Positions 40,567 through 53,300 of a stretch of 64,000 nt of DNA are shown here, in pieces (position 1 is the first letter of the stretch; every line of letters starts with the position of its first letter). The notes beneath the pieces were generated by a model, which did no database searches, had not been told where the DNA came from, and was given only the letters and a program-made list of their open reading frames with translations. This DNA is from Octopus sinensis (Eukaryota). The position numbers were made by a program, and so were the translations under genes. Location: positions 310,001 through 374,000 of the forward strand of contig NC_043009.1 in the NCBI RefSeq assembly GCF_006345805.1, read 5' to 3'.

Positions 40567-43500
40567 CTATGTTTGACTTTTGCTTTATATTTGTACAAGT
40601 TGGCTCCAAGTCTCACCCAGAGACCTCAAGAGACAACAGGGTTGGAAGTTCATGTTGTTGTTATGCCTAGTGTGCCATATATTTGGGGGGTGGGGATGTT
40701 GTACTAATGAATGTCTAAAAAAAAAATTTTTTTTTTTTTTTTTTTTTTTTTAAACCGAAAATATGGTTGTTTTAAACTTGAGGTACATAGAGAGTATTTT
40801 GCGTAGGATATGAGCAGTTCCCATGAGCACTATCTTTTGAACTTCTGCCATTTTTGGGTTTCCTGGTATCTGAGTTAGGTAGCTATCAGCCCCTTTTGCT
40901 ATCATTCCCAGGGCACCTATGACAACAGGTATTGTTTTAGTCTTCAGCTTCCACATTTTGCTGATTTCTATTTCAAGATCTTTATATTTGCTCAGTTTTT
41001 GGTAGGTCCTGACAGATACGTTTATATCGATTGGGACAGTCATATCAATGAGGAGGCATGTTCTTTGTTTGAAGTCTTTCAATATGATGTCTGGCCTATT
41101 TGCATCTATCTTCCTGTCAGTTTGAATGGTGAAGTTCCAGAGGAGTGAGATGTGGTCATTTTCAAGCACTGGGGGTGGTTTGTGTTCCCACCAGTTTTTC
41201 TCATGGGGCAACTCCAGGTTTTTACAGATTACCCAGTGAATATATTGTGCAGCTCTATCGTGCCTGTTGAGATACTCTGTAGCGCTAGAAGACTGCACTT
41301 GGAGACCACATGGTCAATGGTTTCATTTTGTTGCTTGCATACACGACACGTTGGACTGCTTCTGATCTTTAATATGTTGGCCTGGTAGTTTCTTGTTGGT
41401 AGGCATTGATCTTGAGCTGCTATGATAAACCCCTCTGTTTCAGATTTAAGCCAGAGGCCATTAGCCATTGATGGGTCAGGGCTTTGTCGATATCTGCATT
41501 ATTCGCTCTCTTTGGTATTTGCCGTAGAGAGGTTTTTCTTGCCATTTATTATTCAGAATATCTAAGGCCGCAGTTTTGGCACGGTTTTCATGCGCCTAGC
41601 TTTTTCTGTGCTTGTTTCTTGTATGTCTATCTCTAATTCCGAATTGGTTGTATTCGGAATTCACTTAGATATTCCTTTGCCTGTTTTGTTACTGAGTATG
41701 ATGCTTTCTTGTTTTCATGTTTTGAGACAAGTTTTAACATCCAGTCCTCAGAGTTTTCAGGTAGGTGTCTAGGCCAATTGTAGCAATCTTCATTGTTATT
41801 GCCAGTTGCAAAAGACCACGGCCTCCCTCTTTTCTTGGCAGATAGAGTCGTTCTGTATCTGCCTAGGGTGGTGCATTCTATGCATTGTCAACAGTTTCCT
41901 TATTTTTCTGTCGAGCTGACATATTTCAGTAATTGACCAGTTAACATATTGAAACTGTAAGTCACGACTGGTATAGCTAATGCATTGATTGCTTCGATCC
42001 TGTTTCTTGCATTCAGCTCTGTCTTGAGTATTGCTCTCACTCTTCGATAGCATTCTCTCCTGATCCTTTCCTTCATCTCTGAATGCCTTATTCCGTTCCC
42101 TTCAATTACCCCTAGGTACTTGTAGCTCTCCGCTGGGTCTAGGTCTTTTATGACATTCTGTTGGTCAAGGTTAACGTTAGATGTTTCTGTCATTTTTCCT
42201 TTGATAAAGGTAGCCTTTGCACATTTATCGAGGCCGAATTGCATTCTGATGTCGTCACTGAATTGTTTGACTATCGCTAGTAAGCCCTTGAGTTGTTGAT
42301 CATTTTTTGCAAAAAGCTTAAATCATCCATGTAAACGAGATGATTTTATTTTTATCAAACATTTTATACCCGTACTGCGCGTCATTGAGCAGCTTTGAGA
42401 GAGGTATTAAGGATAACAAAGAGGAGTGGTGACAGTGAGTCACCCTGGAAAATGCCACACGAAATTTTTACATCACCAGCATTTAGGGATTCACTGTCAC
42501 TGTTCAGAGTTAGTGTGGTTCTCCATGATCTCATACTTACAGTCAAGAAGTTTCGCAGAGTTGGTGCTATCTTATACATTTCAAGGCATTTCCTAATCCA
42601 GCTATGTGGGGCTATCAAAGCCTTTTTATAGTCTATCCAGGCTATTGATAAGTTTTTGTGTCGTTTGTGACAATCTTCTAAGATCATCTTATTGATGAGT
42701 AGTTGGTCTTTACAGCCGTAGGATCCACGTTTACATCCTTTCTGTTCATTAGGGAATATGCTGCTGTCTGTGTTAAAAACTATAGGTATATTCCGTCAGG
42801 ACAGATGTTAGAGTTTTGTACATAGTTGTTAAGCAGGTTATGGGTCTATAGTTTTTTGGTTCATTTGTTTCTTCACTTTTTGGAAGCAGGAATGTTAACC
42901 CATTAACTAGCCAAGGAGGCATCCTACTAGGGTGTTGCAGAACATCATTGTACAGTTCTGTTAGCAGTTCATGGCTCTCTGGGAAGGCATTCAGCCAGAA
43001 GTTAGAATTTTATCCTTTCCTGGAGACTTCCATTTGCTTGACCTCCTGAGAGCAGATCTTATATCTTCTACCTTGACACCCTCCCACTTTTGCTCTTCTA
43101 AGGGGTCCAGTTCTGTAGATATTCTGTCAATCCAGGGGGCCTTTTCGTTGTGTGTTTTTTCTTCTGCCCAGATTTTATTCCAAAATCTCTGCACTTCTTC
43201 TTTTGATGGTACAGACCCTGCAGTAAACGCTGTTTTTCCTATCTTCCTGTAAAAATTCTTGGTGTTATTTTGAACATGTTGTTGTCCTTGAAAAATCTAA
43301 CACGCTTTTCATACCTCGCTATGCGGGTAGCTTTGGCAGATACCTTTTGTTTGATGGTTTCTATGGTGGCATCAATATCAAGTATATTTTCATATTGTAT
43401 TTTTTCAGTAATTTTTGGGTTTTTGTAGGTTTGGTAGTCTTGTGAGCCTTAAGGTTTTTCAAATATTCAATGTCAGATCTAAAACTTTAATTTGTTGTTG

Positions 43501-44620
43501 CAGACGCTCTTGCCAAGAAGGCTTTTTGTGGGACTGTTGCCGTTTTCTAATCTTTACACCACATAGGATCGTTGAGATTTTCGCGGATGCATAGTATAGG
43601 TGGTTGAGGTTTGTGATATCAACATCATTAACTGAAATTATATCCTTAAGTGCAAGCCGGATTTTACCAATTATTTTCATGTTTTGGTTAGAGTTGCGGA
43701 TTTTAGGAAGTGTATCACGCTCATCCATGCTGGTTTCTTTAATTTTCAGCCATTCAATCATGATTTGATTTTTTAGCTCATGTAGTTCTGTTGGGTCAAT
43801 ATTTGTGTGACTTTCTTTATCTATTTGATGCTCATCTGTCTTAGTGTTTATGATTGGTTCAGGGCGTATTTCACTTTGCCTATCACTTATACTAACTCTT
43901 TCATCCTCTCTTCGTTTATCCGCCCTGGGCTGGTCTATAATCATTTCCTCTGTATTATCTTCTCTAGCTGCAGCTTCGTTCATTTTATCCGATATTGCTT
44001 GTCTAACCTGATCAATCTCTACTTCAGTCAGTAATTTCTTTTTATAATGTTTCTTCTAACATTGGCAAGCTTGTTACTGTCTATGTAGGGTCTTACTTCA
44101 GGTTGTTTCTGTCTCCAGTTTAAGTATGCTTGTACAGTGCTAGACTTATCTGTGGGGAAATATATGGCATGGTAGAAGGCCTCGAGAACTTCTTTATTAT
44201 CTTCCCTAGACCATTTTTCCTTCTTTTTCTTTTGATTATTTGGTGATGAGCATGGATGGCCATCTGTTGGAATATTCCGGTTGTGGGGTTCATCCAGCTC
44301 CTGTGTGTTGGGAAGATTTGATCCAGTAACTGATTTTTCAATCAGGATTTGGTTCAATTTTCGGGTACGTGGTCTTTTGTAATCCGCGCAATGACCAATG
44401 CGTTTATTGTTTGATTTGTTGACCTGGCAGCATGACGAGCATCCATTCTTATATTAGGAGATGGATCTGTCAGTTTAGGGTTCACTACATGTAAGCATTG
44501 CTCATAGCGCCGCTTCTTAAGACTAGCAGATCTATATTCGTCTGTATTTTTTTGGTTGATAGTTTTATCTCCGGACATTTTTTTTTTCCTCCTTTCCTCC
44601 TCTTCCTTTCTTCAAGGCTT
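40567..44620 (-). mobile_element. R4/Dong-like LINE, family B, near full length (B2); 5' boundary uncertain
   Basis: KWSREDNKEVLEAFY..NKLANVRR N-terminus, IFQGDSLSP, MDD, RPDIILKD; (AAT)n tail at 40475-40566. Confidence 0.9.
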
Positions 44621-45478
44621 ACTGTGTCTGTATTAGTTCGAAATAATGAGAATAAAATACGGAGAAGGAAACGAAAAGAAAGGGAAAAAGACGGGATCTG
44701 TCAGTTATTATTGTTATTACTATCATCTTCACCACCATCACCATCATCAGCAACATCACCATCACCATCATCATCTTCGATGTGTAGCCACAGCCACCAT
44801 CAACACTCCATTGTGTTGGAGAATGGGTGGTTAAAGAATTCATGTTCTTTGGGTCTATAAATAGCCACGGTAGATGGTGGAGACAAAGGACGTTAATGGT
44901 CAGTAAAAGGTCAAACCTGTTTACGTTTATTTATTTATTTATTTATTTTTTTCCCGTTCTCTTTTCTTCTTCACCACATGCATATGTATATGTATATATA
45001 CGTATATTCACTCACACATATTATCTGATGTTTTCGTCGAAGATTTTTAAAAAAATTTTTTTTAAAATAACTTTCTGAGTTCAATGTTATGTATATATTT
45101 TTAAATTTCTGAATTCAGTTGTAAGTATATAGTAGTAGGTGCTTAATTCCATAACTTTTTATCGTGCATTTAATTGTGTTGTTACAATAAAAGGTAATTA
45201 AAAGGCAATTTTACCATTCTTATAGTCATGAGAGACGACTAAATGTAAATGTTCACACAGAATTGGAGATATTTTGTTCTAATTTTTCTTGTTAGGTGTA
45301 CGTTTGTATAGCTGTAGATATGTAAGTTTTTTTTTTACTTATTTTGAGGGTAATTCAAATTACTTACAGAAAACAGTAGATCTTCCAGTTTTCTACAGTT
45401 GACATGCTGGGTTCGCTGTTGCCAGTTCAGAGCATCGTAAAAATACGTCCATCCTCTGTCACGTCCAGCCGCCTTCTC

Positions 45479-45541
<63 letters not shown>

Positions 45542-45569
45542 TATTATTATCATTATCATCATTATTATC

Positions 45570-47334
45570 ATTATTATTACTATAATTATTTGTAATTTTA
45601 TTAAATTTATTATCTTCATTAATTGAATTAAATTTTATCCTATTTTATTATTATTACTATTCTTTTTATTTTTTATTCTAATATTAAATTAATGATTTAC
45701 ATCATCAAAATTCCTATTATTATTAAGACGATAGATACCTAAACAAAATTTATCATAATTCAGATAATTAGGTTTATCATTATTAAAATCATTAAAAAAT
45801 TATCTTTTAAATTATAATTATGTTTACAAATGTTAAAGAATTTAATATTATTATTGTATCCTGTCTCATACAGGGCATTATTATAATAAGGTGCATGTTT
45901 ATAAAAATTCTCTAAATCATAAGAAAGTAATGATATTCTTTTACCTACATTATTTATCAACGATTTTTTTAACAGAAGGTGGATGATTACTATAAGCATT
46001 AATATATCTGAGATTTTGATTAATTTAATGGAATGGTTGGGTTTTACCCGTTATGAAATTAAAATTAACATCTAAATAATTAACATTATACTTCTCATTA
46101 TAAATAGTAATACTTAAACCATTTCTTTTAAAGAAATTATAAAGTTAATCTTTATATAATTCTAATTTTCTATTAGTACAATCCCTAGTAAGTAACATAA
46201 GGTCATCCCTATATAAACCACCCTCCAAATTTAAATTTTCTAATTGAAGTTCTGATAATAAGTAAATACCTACTAAATCAGTAGCCTGAGCAGAATCAGG
46301 TACCCCCTTAGGTATATCAAAAAAGTTTCTAGTATACTTCCAAACCCATAATTTATTATTATATAAAATTAACGATTTCCTAGCCATTTTAATAACATTA
46401 ACTTCATCTATGTTCATTCCTACCTTATTCATTGCAAAGATAAGGGATTTATTAAGTACGATCTCATTAATAGAATAATAATAGTTATCTATATCAATTT
46501 GAATGAATTTATATTTATTTTTATCATTAGTATTATGAAACCATTTTAAAATACCATAAGTACAGTTCCAAAGTTTAAGGTAATTAAATTCATTTAACCT
46601 ATTAATGTATTTATCCAGAATAATTTTACTTAATTTACCTAAATCAGATTTACATGGACAAATTAATCTAACCTTAGGGTTAGAGTAAAAAATTTCTTTA
46701 TGGTCTTTCAAAGTTTTTCTAGGGTGCATAAGTACATAAGGTTCAGATTTATTATCGAAATTATATTTCATAATTATTAATTTAGAGGCTTTATTTATAT
46801 TATAGAGTGTATTTTTTGGAATTTCTTTAACTTTAATAGCTAAATTTCTTAAATAATCGTTATGTTTATTAGTGTATTTATGAAATTTAATTTTTTCACT
46901 ACCTTCCAAATCTGTATTTCTCCATTATATGGAGGTTCCTTCGTAGATTTAAATTTTGAATTAATGTAATTATTAGTATCTACATCATTAATGTTGTTCT
47001 TATTAAAATAGTAGGCTTTCCATTTAATTCTATTAATAAAATCTTTAACATTATTAATAAGTAATAAAATATATTTCTTTCTAGATGGTATAGGAATATC
47101 CTTCAAAGATGAATTCCAAAAGAGTGGTTCTAGTTTACCTGTAAGTTCCATAACCGACGATAATGAGGTTAATATCTCAGAAACATTAGTTATAAATATA
47201 ATAAAAATAATATTTTCTACCAAATATATACGTTTTAGTTATTATTTTGCAATTTACTTAATCATCGGTATATTATCGTTATTTTATTCTTAATATTTTT
47301 ATTATATGTATTTTCTAGATGGTGTAATTTAATT
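45570..47334 (-). mobile_element. Penelope-like element, RT part, degraded
   Basis: TLKDHKE..VRLICPCKSDLGKLSK..IQIDIDNYY..FDIPKG..DSAQATDLVGIYLL..GLYRDD (PLE RT type). Confidence 0.85.
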
Positions 47335-47339
47335 GTATA

Positions 47340-47370
<31 letters not shown>

Positions 47371-47386
47371 TATATATATATATATA

Positions 47387-47428
<42 letters not shown>

Positions 47429-47470
47429 ATATATATATACATATATATATACTTTATATATATACATAGA

Positions 47471-47813
47471 TATAAGCGAGAAAAAAGCAACAAGAATGGA
47501 TAGGTTTTTAGTACAATCGTTTCATACAAGGACAGGCTTTATTAAAAGTTGCAAAAATTGCAGCATATAAACGTGTCCCGTACTCATCAGCTAAAATACA
47601 TGTGAGTTCTCTAGACATCCTAGTGGTTGAGGCTATACTCATGAAGTATAGCCTCAACCACTAGGATGTCTAGAGAACTCACATGTATTTTAGCTGATGA
47701 GTACGGGACACGTTTATATGCTGCAATTTTTGCAACTTTTAATAAAGCCTGTCCTTGTATGAAACGATTGTACTAAAAACCTATCCATTCTTGTTGCTTT
47801 TTTCTCGCTTATA
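47471..47813. repeat. Perfect palindrome: 169-bp arms, 5-nt spacer
   Basis: 47471-47639 is the exact reverse complement of 47645-47813 (checked base by base). Confidence 0.95.
47688..47778 (+). ncRNA. Type I hammerhead ribozyme (mirror copy on the - strand at 47506-47596)
   Basis: ttttag-CUGAUGA-gtacgggac...gtccttgtat-GAAAC-gatt-GUA-ctaaaa; intact core, 6-bp stem I; predicted cleavage after 47772. Confidence 0.8.
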
Positions 47814-47952
47814 ATCACCCCACATTACTGTATTGTTAAAACCGTATAGTTTGTTTTGGTGCATCTAAGTTAGGTACCATATTCAAGTAAATTCATTTAA
47901 ATTAACTTGAATCTTTATTGCTTTTTGAATATATACATATATATATATACTT

Positions 47953-48029
<77 letters not shown>

Positions 48030-48428
48030 ACACATTATATTTATATTTATATACACACACAAATATATAGATTAACACAATATATCTGATTAATAAAATC
48101 GTTTATGCTTGCGCGGTGGTGGTGGGCAATAATAATTTACCGTTCGAAAAGACCTGTGGCGGAAATATTTAAACTTTTGCGGCTGTCAACGCTTTCTCTC
48201 TATAGATACAGACAGACGTACAGTGAGAGAGGTGGTGAAGGAAAGAGTGACAGAGAGACGGCGAAGCTGTCAAACGTCGTTATAGTGCGAAAGGGGAGGG
48301 AAGGAACTTTATAAATAGAGATTACGTTGCTGTCGAAAACCAGAGCCTTACCACGTATTTTTTTTTTGCAGTACTACTGTCGTTATTGCTGCTGCTGCTG
48401 GAAGGAGACATTGTTGTTGTTGTTGCAG

Positions 48429-48466
<38 letters not shown>

Positions 48467-48739
48467 GGTTGTGGTGGTGGTGGTGGTGGTGGCGATGATG
48501 ACGATAATGAAGATGACGATTTTGATTACGACGACGATGATAGTGATGTTGTTGAACAAAATGTACGACGAAGAGCGCTCCAGCCATAACCACTCTGTTT
48601 GCTTCTTCGAAATGATCTACTTAGGGCTACATTATCCAACGTGCTCTCCCCTTCTGAAAAGTCGAACAACCGCATACAGATTCATGCTTCTTGATTCAAG
48701 CAGTAAAGTATGGAAAAGTGTACAGTCTTGCGATGTAGT

Positions 48740-49118
48740 GGAGGTGCAATGGCCCAGTGGTTAGGGCAGCGAACTCGCGGTCATAGAAATCGCGGTTTCG
48801 ATTCCTAGACCGGGCGTTGTGAGTGTTTATTGAGCGAAAACTCCTACAGCTCCACGAGGTACCGGCAGGGGATGGTGGCGAACCCGGCTGTACTCTTTCA
48901 ACATAACTTTCTCTCACTCTTACTTCCTGTTTCTGTTGAGCCTGTAATTCAAAGGGCCAGCCTTGTCACACTGTGTCACGCTAAATATCCCCGAGAACTA
49001 CGTTAAGGGTACACGTGTATCTGGAGTGCTCAACCACTTGCACGTTAATTTCACGAGTAGGCTGTTCCGTTGTAACCCTCCTCGTCGTCGTAAGCGACGG
49101 AGTGCCAACAATAAACTG
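48740..49118 (+). mobile_element. Full-length tRNA-derived SINE with TSD
   Basis: TSD tgcgatgtagt at 48729-48739 and 49119-49129; head shared with the 10175-10481 family, different tail. Confidence 0.85.
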
Positions 49119-49479
49119 TGCGATGTAGTGTCAGTTAATGCTGATCAGTTCCAGAACCTATAGTCAAAGACACTCTTGCCATAAACATCCGTTTTAGTCA
49201 CCCTTCCGCTTTACTTATGATACTAAGGGGAAATATGAGATAAATTCTGATCAAAAATAGTCATCAGTAAAGGCAATTCAAACGTGACTATCAAGTAATT
49301 TATCCGGATCTAGATTATCCTTTTTTTTCTAAAAAAAACAGTAGTGTAATTTTTTTTTAAATGGCGCAGGAGTGGCTTTGTGGTAAGTAACTTCCTTACT
49401 TGGGCAAGTGTCTTCTACTGTTGCCTCGGGCAGACCAAAGCCCTGTGAGTGGATTTGGTAGACGGAAACTGAAAAAAGC

Positions 49480-49525
<46 letters not shown>

Positions 49526-49850
49526 TATGTGTGTGTATGTTTGTGTGTCTGTGTTTGTACCACTAGCATTGCTTGACAACCGATGTTGGTGTGTTCATGT
49601 CCTCATCACTTAGCGGTTCGGCAAAATAGACGGATAGAATAAGTATTAGGCTTGCAAAGAATAAGTCCCGGTGCCGATTTACTCGACTAAAGGCGGAACT
49701 ACAGCATGGCCGCAATGAAATGACTGAAACAAGTAAAAGAGTAATGACAGATATTTCCAGCATGTAAAGCGACCATGTAGATGTTTGCTCTCTTTATCTC
49801 GGGCAATACTTTGTAGATTGGTGCATGGGAGCAGTTGCCTTAAGGCATTG

Positions 49851-50330
49851 GCAGTTGCTCAGAGGCACCGCGGGACGAGGGGTCCAATACAGACCTATGT
49901 TGAGGGTTGCTCTCAATATATAAATAATATGTGGCCCAGTAAACTGATTTTCTCAGGAGCCTTGGGTCTAGGGGTCCAATTCAGACCTATGTATGTTGTG
50001 GCTTGCTCTCAATATATAAATAATATAGGACACAGTGAACCTATTTGCTCGGGGGCTTCGGGCCTAGGGGTCCAATTCAGTCCTATGTATGTTGTGGCTT
50101 GCTCTCAGAATATAAATAATATAGGGCCTAGTGAAATGATTTGCTCAGGAGCCTTGGGTATAGGGGTCCAATTCAGACCTATGTATGTTGTAGTTTGCTC
50201 TCACTATATAAATACTATAGTGCCCAGTGAACTGATTTGCACAGGGACTTCGGGTCTAGGGTTCCAATTCAGATCTCTGCATGTTAAGGCTTGCACTCAA
50301 GATATAAATTATATAGGCCCCAGTGAACTG
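49851..50330 (+). repeat. 96-bp tandem repeat, ~5 units; array resumes at 54547-54700
   Basis: g(g/t)tccaat at 49881, 49973, 50069, 50165, 50261. Confidence 0.92.
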
Positions 50331-53300
50331 CGGGGGTGGGATCTGAACTCTTGTACTCGTAGAGAGGAAAAAAGGGAAAAACCATTATAGGTTTCCCGTT
50401 TCTGGGGATTACAAAATAATTTTTGGCGTGAAATTTCGACCGTTGAAGGCGATGTTGTTGCGTGTCACCCCCGCAGGGGGTGAGATTCGAACTGTTACCC
50501 TAGTCGACGGGAAAAAATATATATATATAAAAAAATAAGGAAAAAAACACATAGGGTTCCCGTTTCTGGGAATTACCAATTAATTTTTGTGTGTGAAATT
50601 TTGCCGTTGAAGGCTCTGTTATTGCGCCTCGCCCCCCCTGCGGGGATGGATCTGGAATGTCATCCTCGTCGAGTTTCCCGTCTTTTGGGATTCCATTTTG
50701 TGCAAAAATGTCTGTCGAAGTTATTTCGAAAACACTTTCACTGGATGAGACAAATTAAGAAATTCTCTGCAGTTGCCGCAGTGGCAACGGAAAATGTCGA
50801 ATTACAGAAAGGAAAGCTCCCAGAGCTTTTTGGAAGAATAAAAGAGGAGGGGGTAATATAAAAATATCACCCTCACCTAGTGTGGAAACATTTAAAAGAA
50901 TTACAGTTGTTTTTAAAACATACTGTCCATCAACTAAAAAATTCAAACACTTTGAAAAGTGTACAATTGAAAAATGTCTGGCTCCAATGTGGAAAGACAT
51001 TAAGTACATAGCGAGAGGCCGGACATATGGCACGATAGAGGCCAGATTCGAAAGAGAAACAAAAGCCAAAGAGTCCTCGGTGAGTCCCTTGAAAACGAAG
51101 GACTTGGTGCTTCTGCCGACCTAAATGGGAAGATGAACTGCGCGTGTTAGGGTGGCAGAAGTACCACCTGAAATTGACGCAAGGGAGGTGAATGCCGCCT
51201 TGTTGTATAACAGGATGGACAAAATCCCCTTCCTTCAGATAACATGCTCTGCCTCACAAAATTGGCTCGGGCAGAGCATTTCTTCCATTATTCAGGGGAC
51301 TCCGGAGGATATTGCAATGCTTCCGGAAGGAGTACTCTCGGGGGAGGATATCGTCCTCAAAATACAAGTGGAGGGAAAGAAGCAAACATTCTATGAATGT
51401 GGCAAAAAAGGTCACATTCGTAAAAATTGCGAACAGTGGATAAGAAAAGTTACACAGACACCAGGCCCCTCAAATACAAAAACAGACCCCAAACCCGCAC
51501 ACACTTTAGCCCCTACAGAAACAAATATTCCCGCTTCCCCATCTGTAGTGCCCACCCCCAAACATGATACCCAAATGCCCCAGCCCATGCACACAACAGT
51601 CCCGACAACAAAAACACCCACCCCCTCTGAAGTGGCACCAGAACGTGTAGCTCCCCCGGACAACACCATGGAGGTGGTCGAGGAGGAGTTCACAACAGTA
51701 GTTCGGAAACGAATACACACACCTTCCCCATCCACATCCCCCGCAAAAGAAAAGAAAAAAGAAAACACTGTACCACAAACAATAAAACGACCCCGGCCCA
51801 TTGTCCCAAAAGAAAAGGATAAAAAGAATGACAATGAAACAAAAGCTCTTATAAAATATGATACCAGAAACAAATATATAGCAGACATCGTAACAAAACA
51901 CTGCACTGCCACGCTGTTCGAACAGTACAAGGAATTGAGAGAGAGGTGTGCATGGATAGGAGAAAAACTTTACAAGGAACTGAAAGATAGGCATCCAGAG
52001 GCTATCAAAAGCATCCTGGACCTTCCAGGTTATATGAAGGAGGAGGAGAAAAGGGCTGCCCCACGTGTTGTGAGGTCAGCTCCAACATCACCAGTCAAGG
52101 GTAAGTGTTTTTTTCCCTGATTATGGCGACACTTAATCTTGGGTGTTTGAATGTGCGTGGTCTGAGCTCGAAGTGAAGGCAAGCTTGTTTCCTCGACGAC
52201 CCCAGACAACACGATATGCATGTGATGGTTGCTACAGAGACCAAGCTGGACAGTCTACAAACCTTCTCACCCCTTCTGAATGACTATGAGAAAATCATGT
52301 CTCCTAGCCAGACCAGAGGGAGAGGGGGTGTAGCAGTACTGGTTCGAAAAGGCTTGGCCTTGCAGACAATTACAGTCTATGTAGACCCAGAAGGTGGGCT
52401 GGTCGTCCTTGAGGTGACATACAGCAGTAAGGCCTTCAGGTTGATCGGGATTATTGCACCGTGTGCTAGAGGATTTCAAACTGATTTTTATCGGTACCTA
52501 GAGAACTTTCTCGTGACGTCGAAGTCATTAGCGGTGTTAGGAGACTATAACGCTATCGTTGACGCACGCATCGGTAGCGTTGGCTCGATCTATAGGAAAG
52601 TGAAATCACGTCTCGTAGATCTGCTTAAACGTATTCAGCTGGAAGATCGTTACAGACTTGACCATCCGAACGTCCCAAAGTGGACCTGGATGACTGGCGA
52701 CGGAAGGTTCAAGTCTTCTTTAGATAGGATAGTGATAAGAACTAGAGATTAGTCTAGTTTTAGCTGTCCACAACTTGTCCAAGTAGCTTACACTGACCAT
52801 AAAATGGTTAAGTGTAGACTGGACATAGATAGTACAGTTAAGAGAGGATCCGGTTACTGGAAACTGAACAAGTCTATTTTGACTTGTGAGGCATACCGTA
52901 GTCGATTGAGAAATTAGTGCAGAGGGCGTTAACCGGCGCGGTGGTTAATAACCGATGGTGGTTCGCCCTCAAGAGAGCCATTCGTTTTGAGTCTGTTAGG
53001 TTTAGCCGTCAGCTAAGACTAGATAAGGCCAGAATAGAAGGGCAACTAGTTAAGGGCCTAGAGAAGACGTTGAGATTGAGCTCTACATCTCACATTCTGG
53101 CAGCGAGAACGGCCTTGGACCGTCACCTCAAAGCCAAACATGAGGGGTGCAGAGTTCGGGCTAAGGTGCGCGCATTGGGCCGTGATGGAATTAATGTTGT
53201 CGGATGGCCCTTGGTGTCTTCCTGTCTGGCGGCCCGAGGAGGTGATCGAGGTACTGGGCGAATGCCCCCGGGGAGAAGTCGCCGAGTCTCGATGGTCTGC

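Noticed and set aside
45130-45350. Possible GIY-YIG remnant next to the PLE RT
   Set aside because: The frame is interrupted and the motifs are unconvincing; the real endonuclease part is at 39790-40470.
48100-48330. Cluster of TGACAG/CTGTCA motifs as a possible enhancer
   Set aside because: Three short motifs are not distinguishable from chance without functional or conservation data.
49851-50330. Possible CRISPR-like array
   Set aside because: The units are contiguous with no unique spacers; eukaryotic context; no cas genes.
49785-50390. 201-aa ORF with 32-aa repeats
   Set aside because: It is the translation of the 96-bp tandem repeat. The homologous units at 2084-2274 are not in a continuous frame, and there is no other coding evidence.
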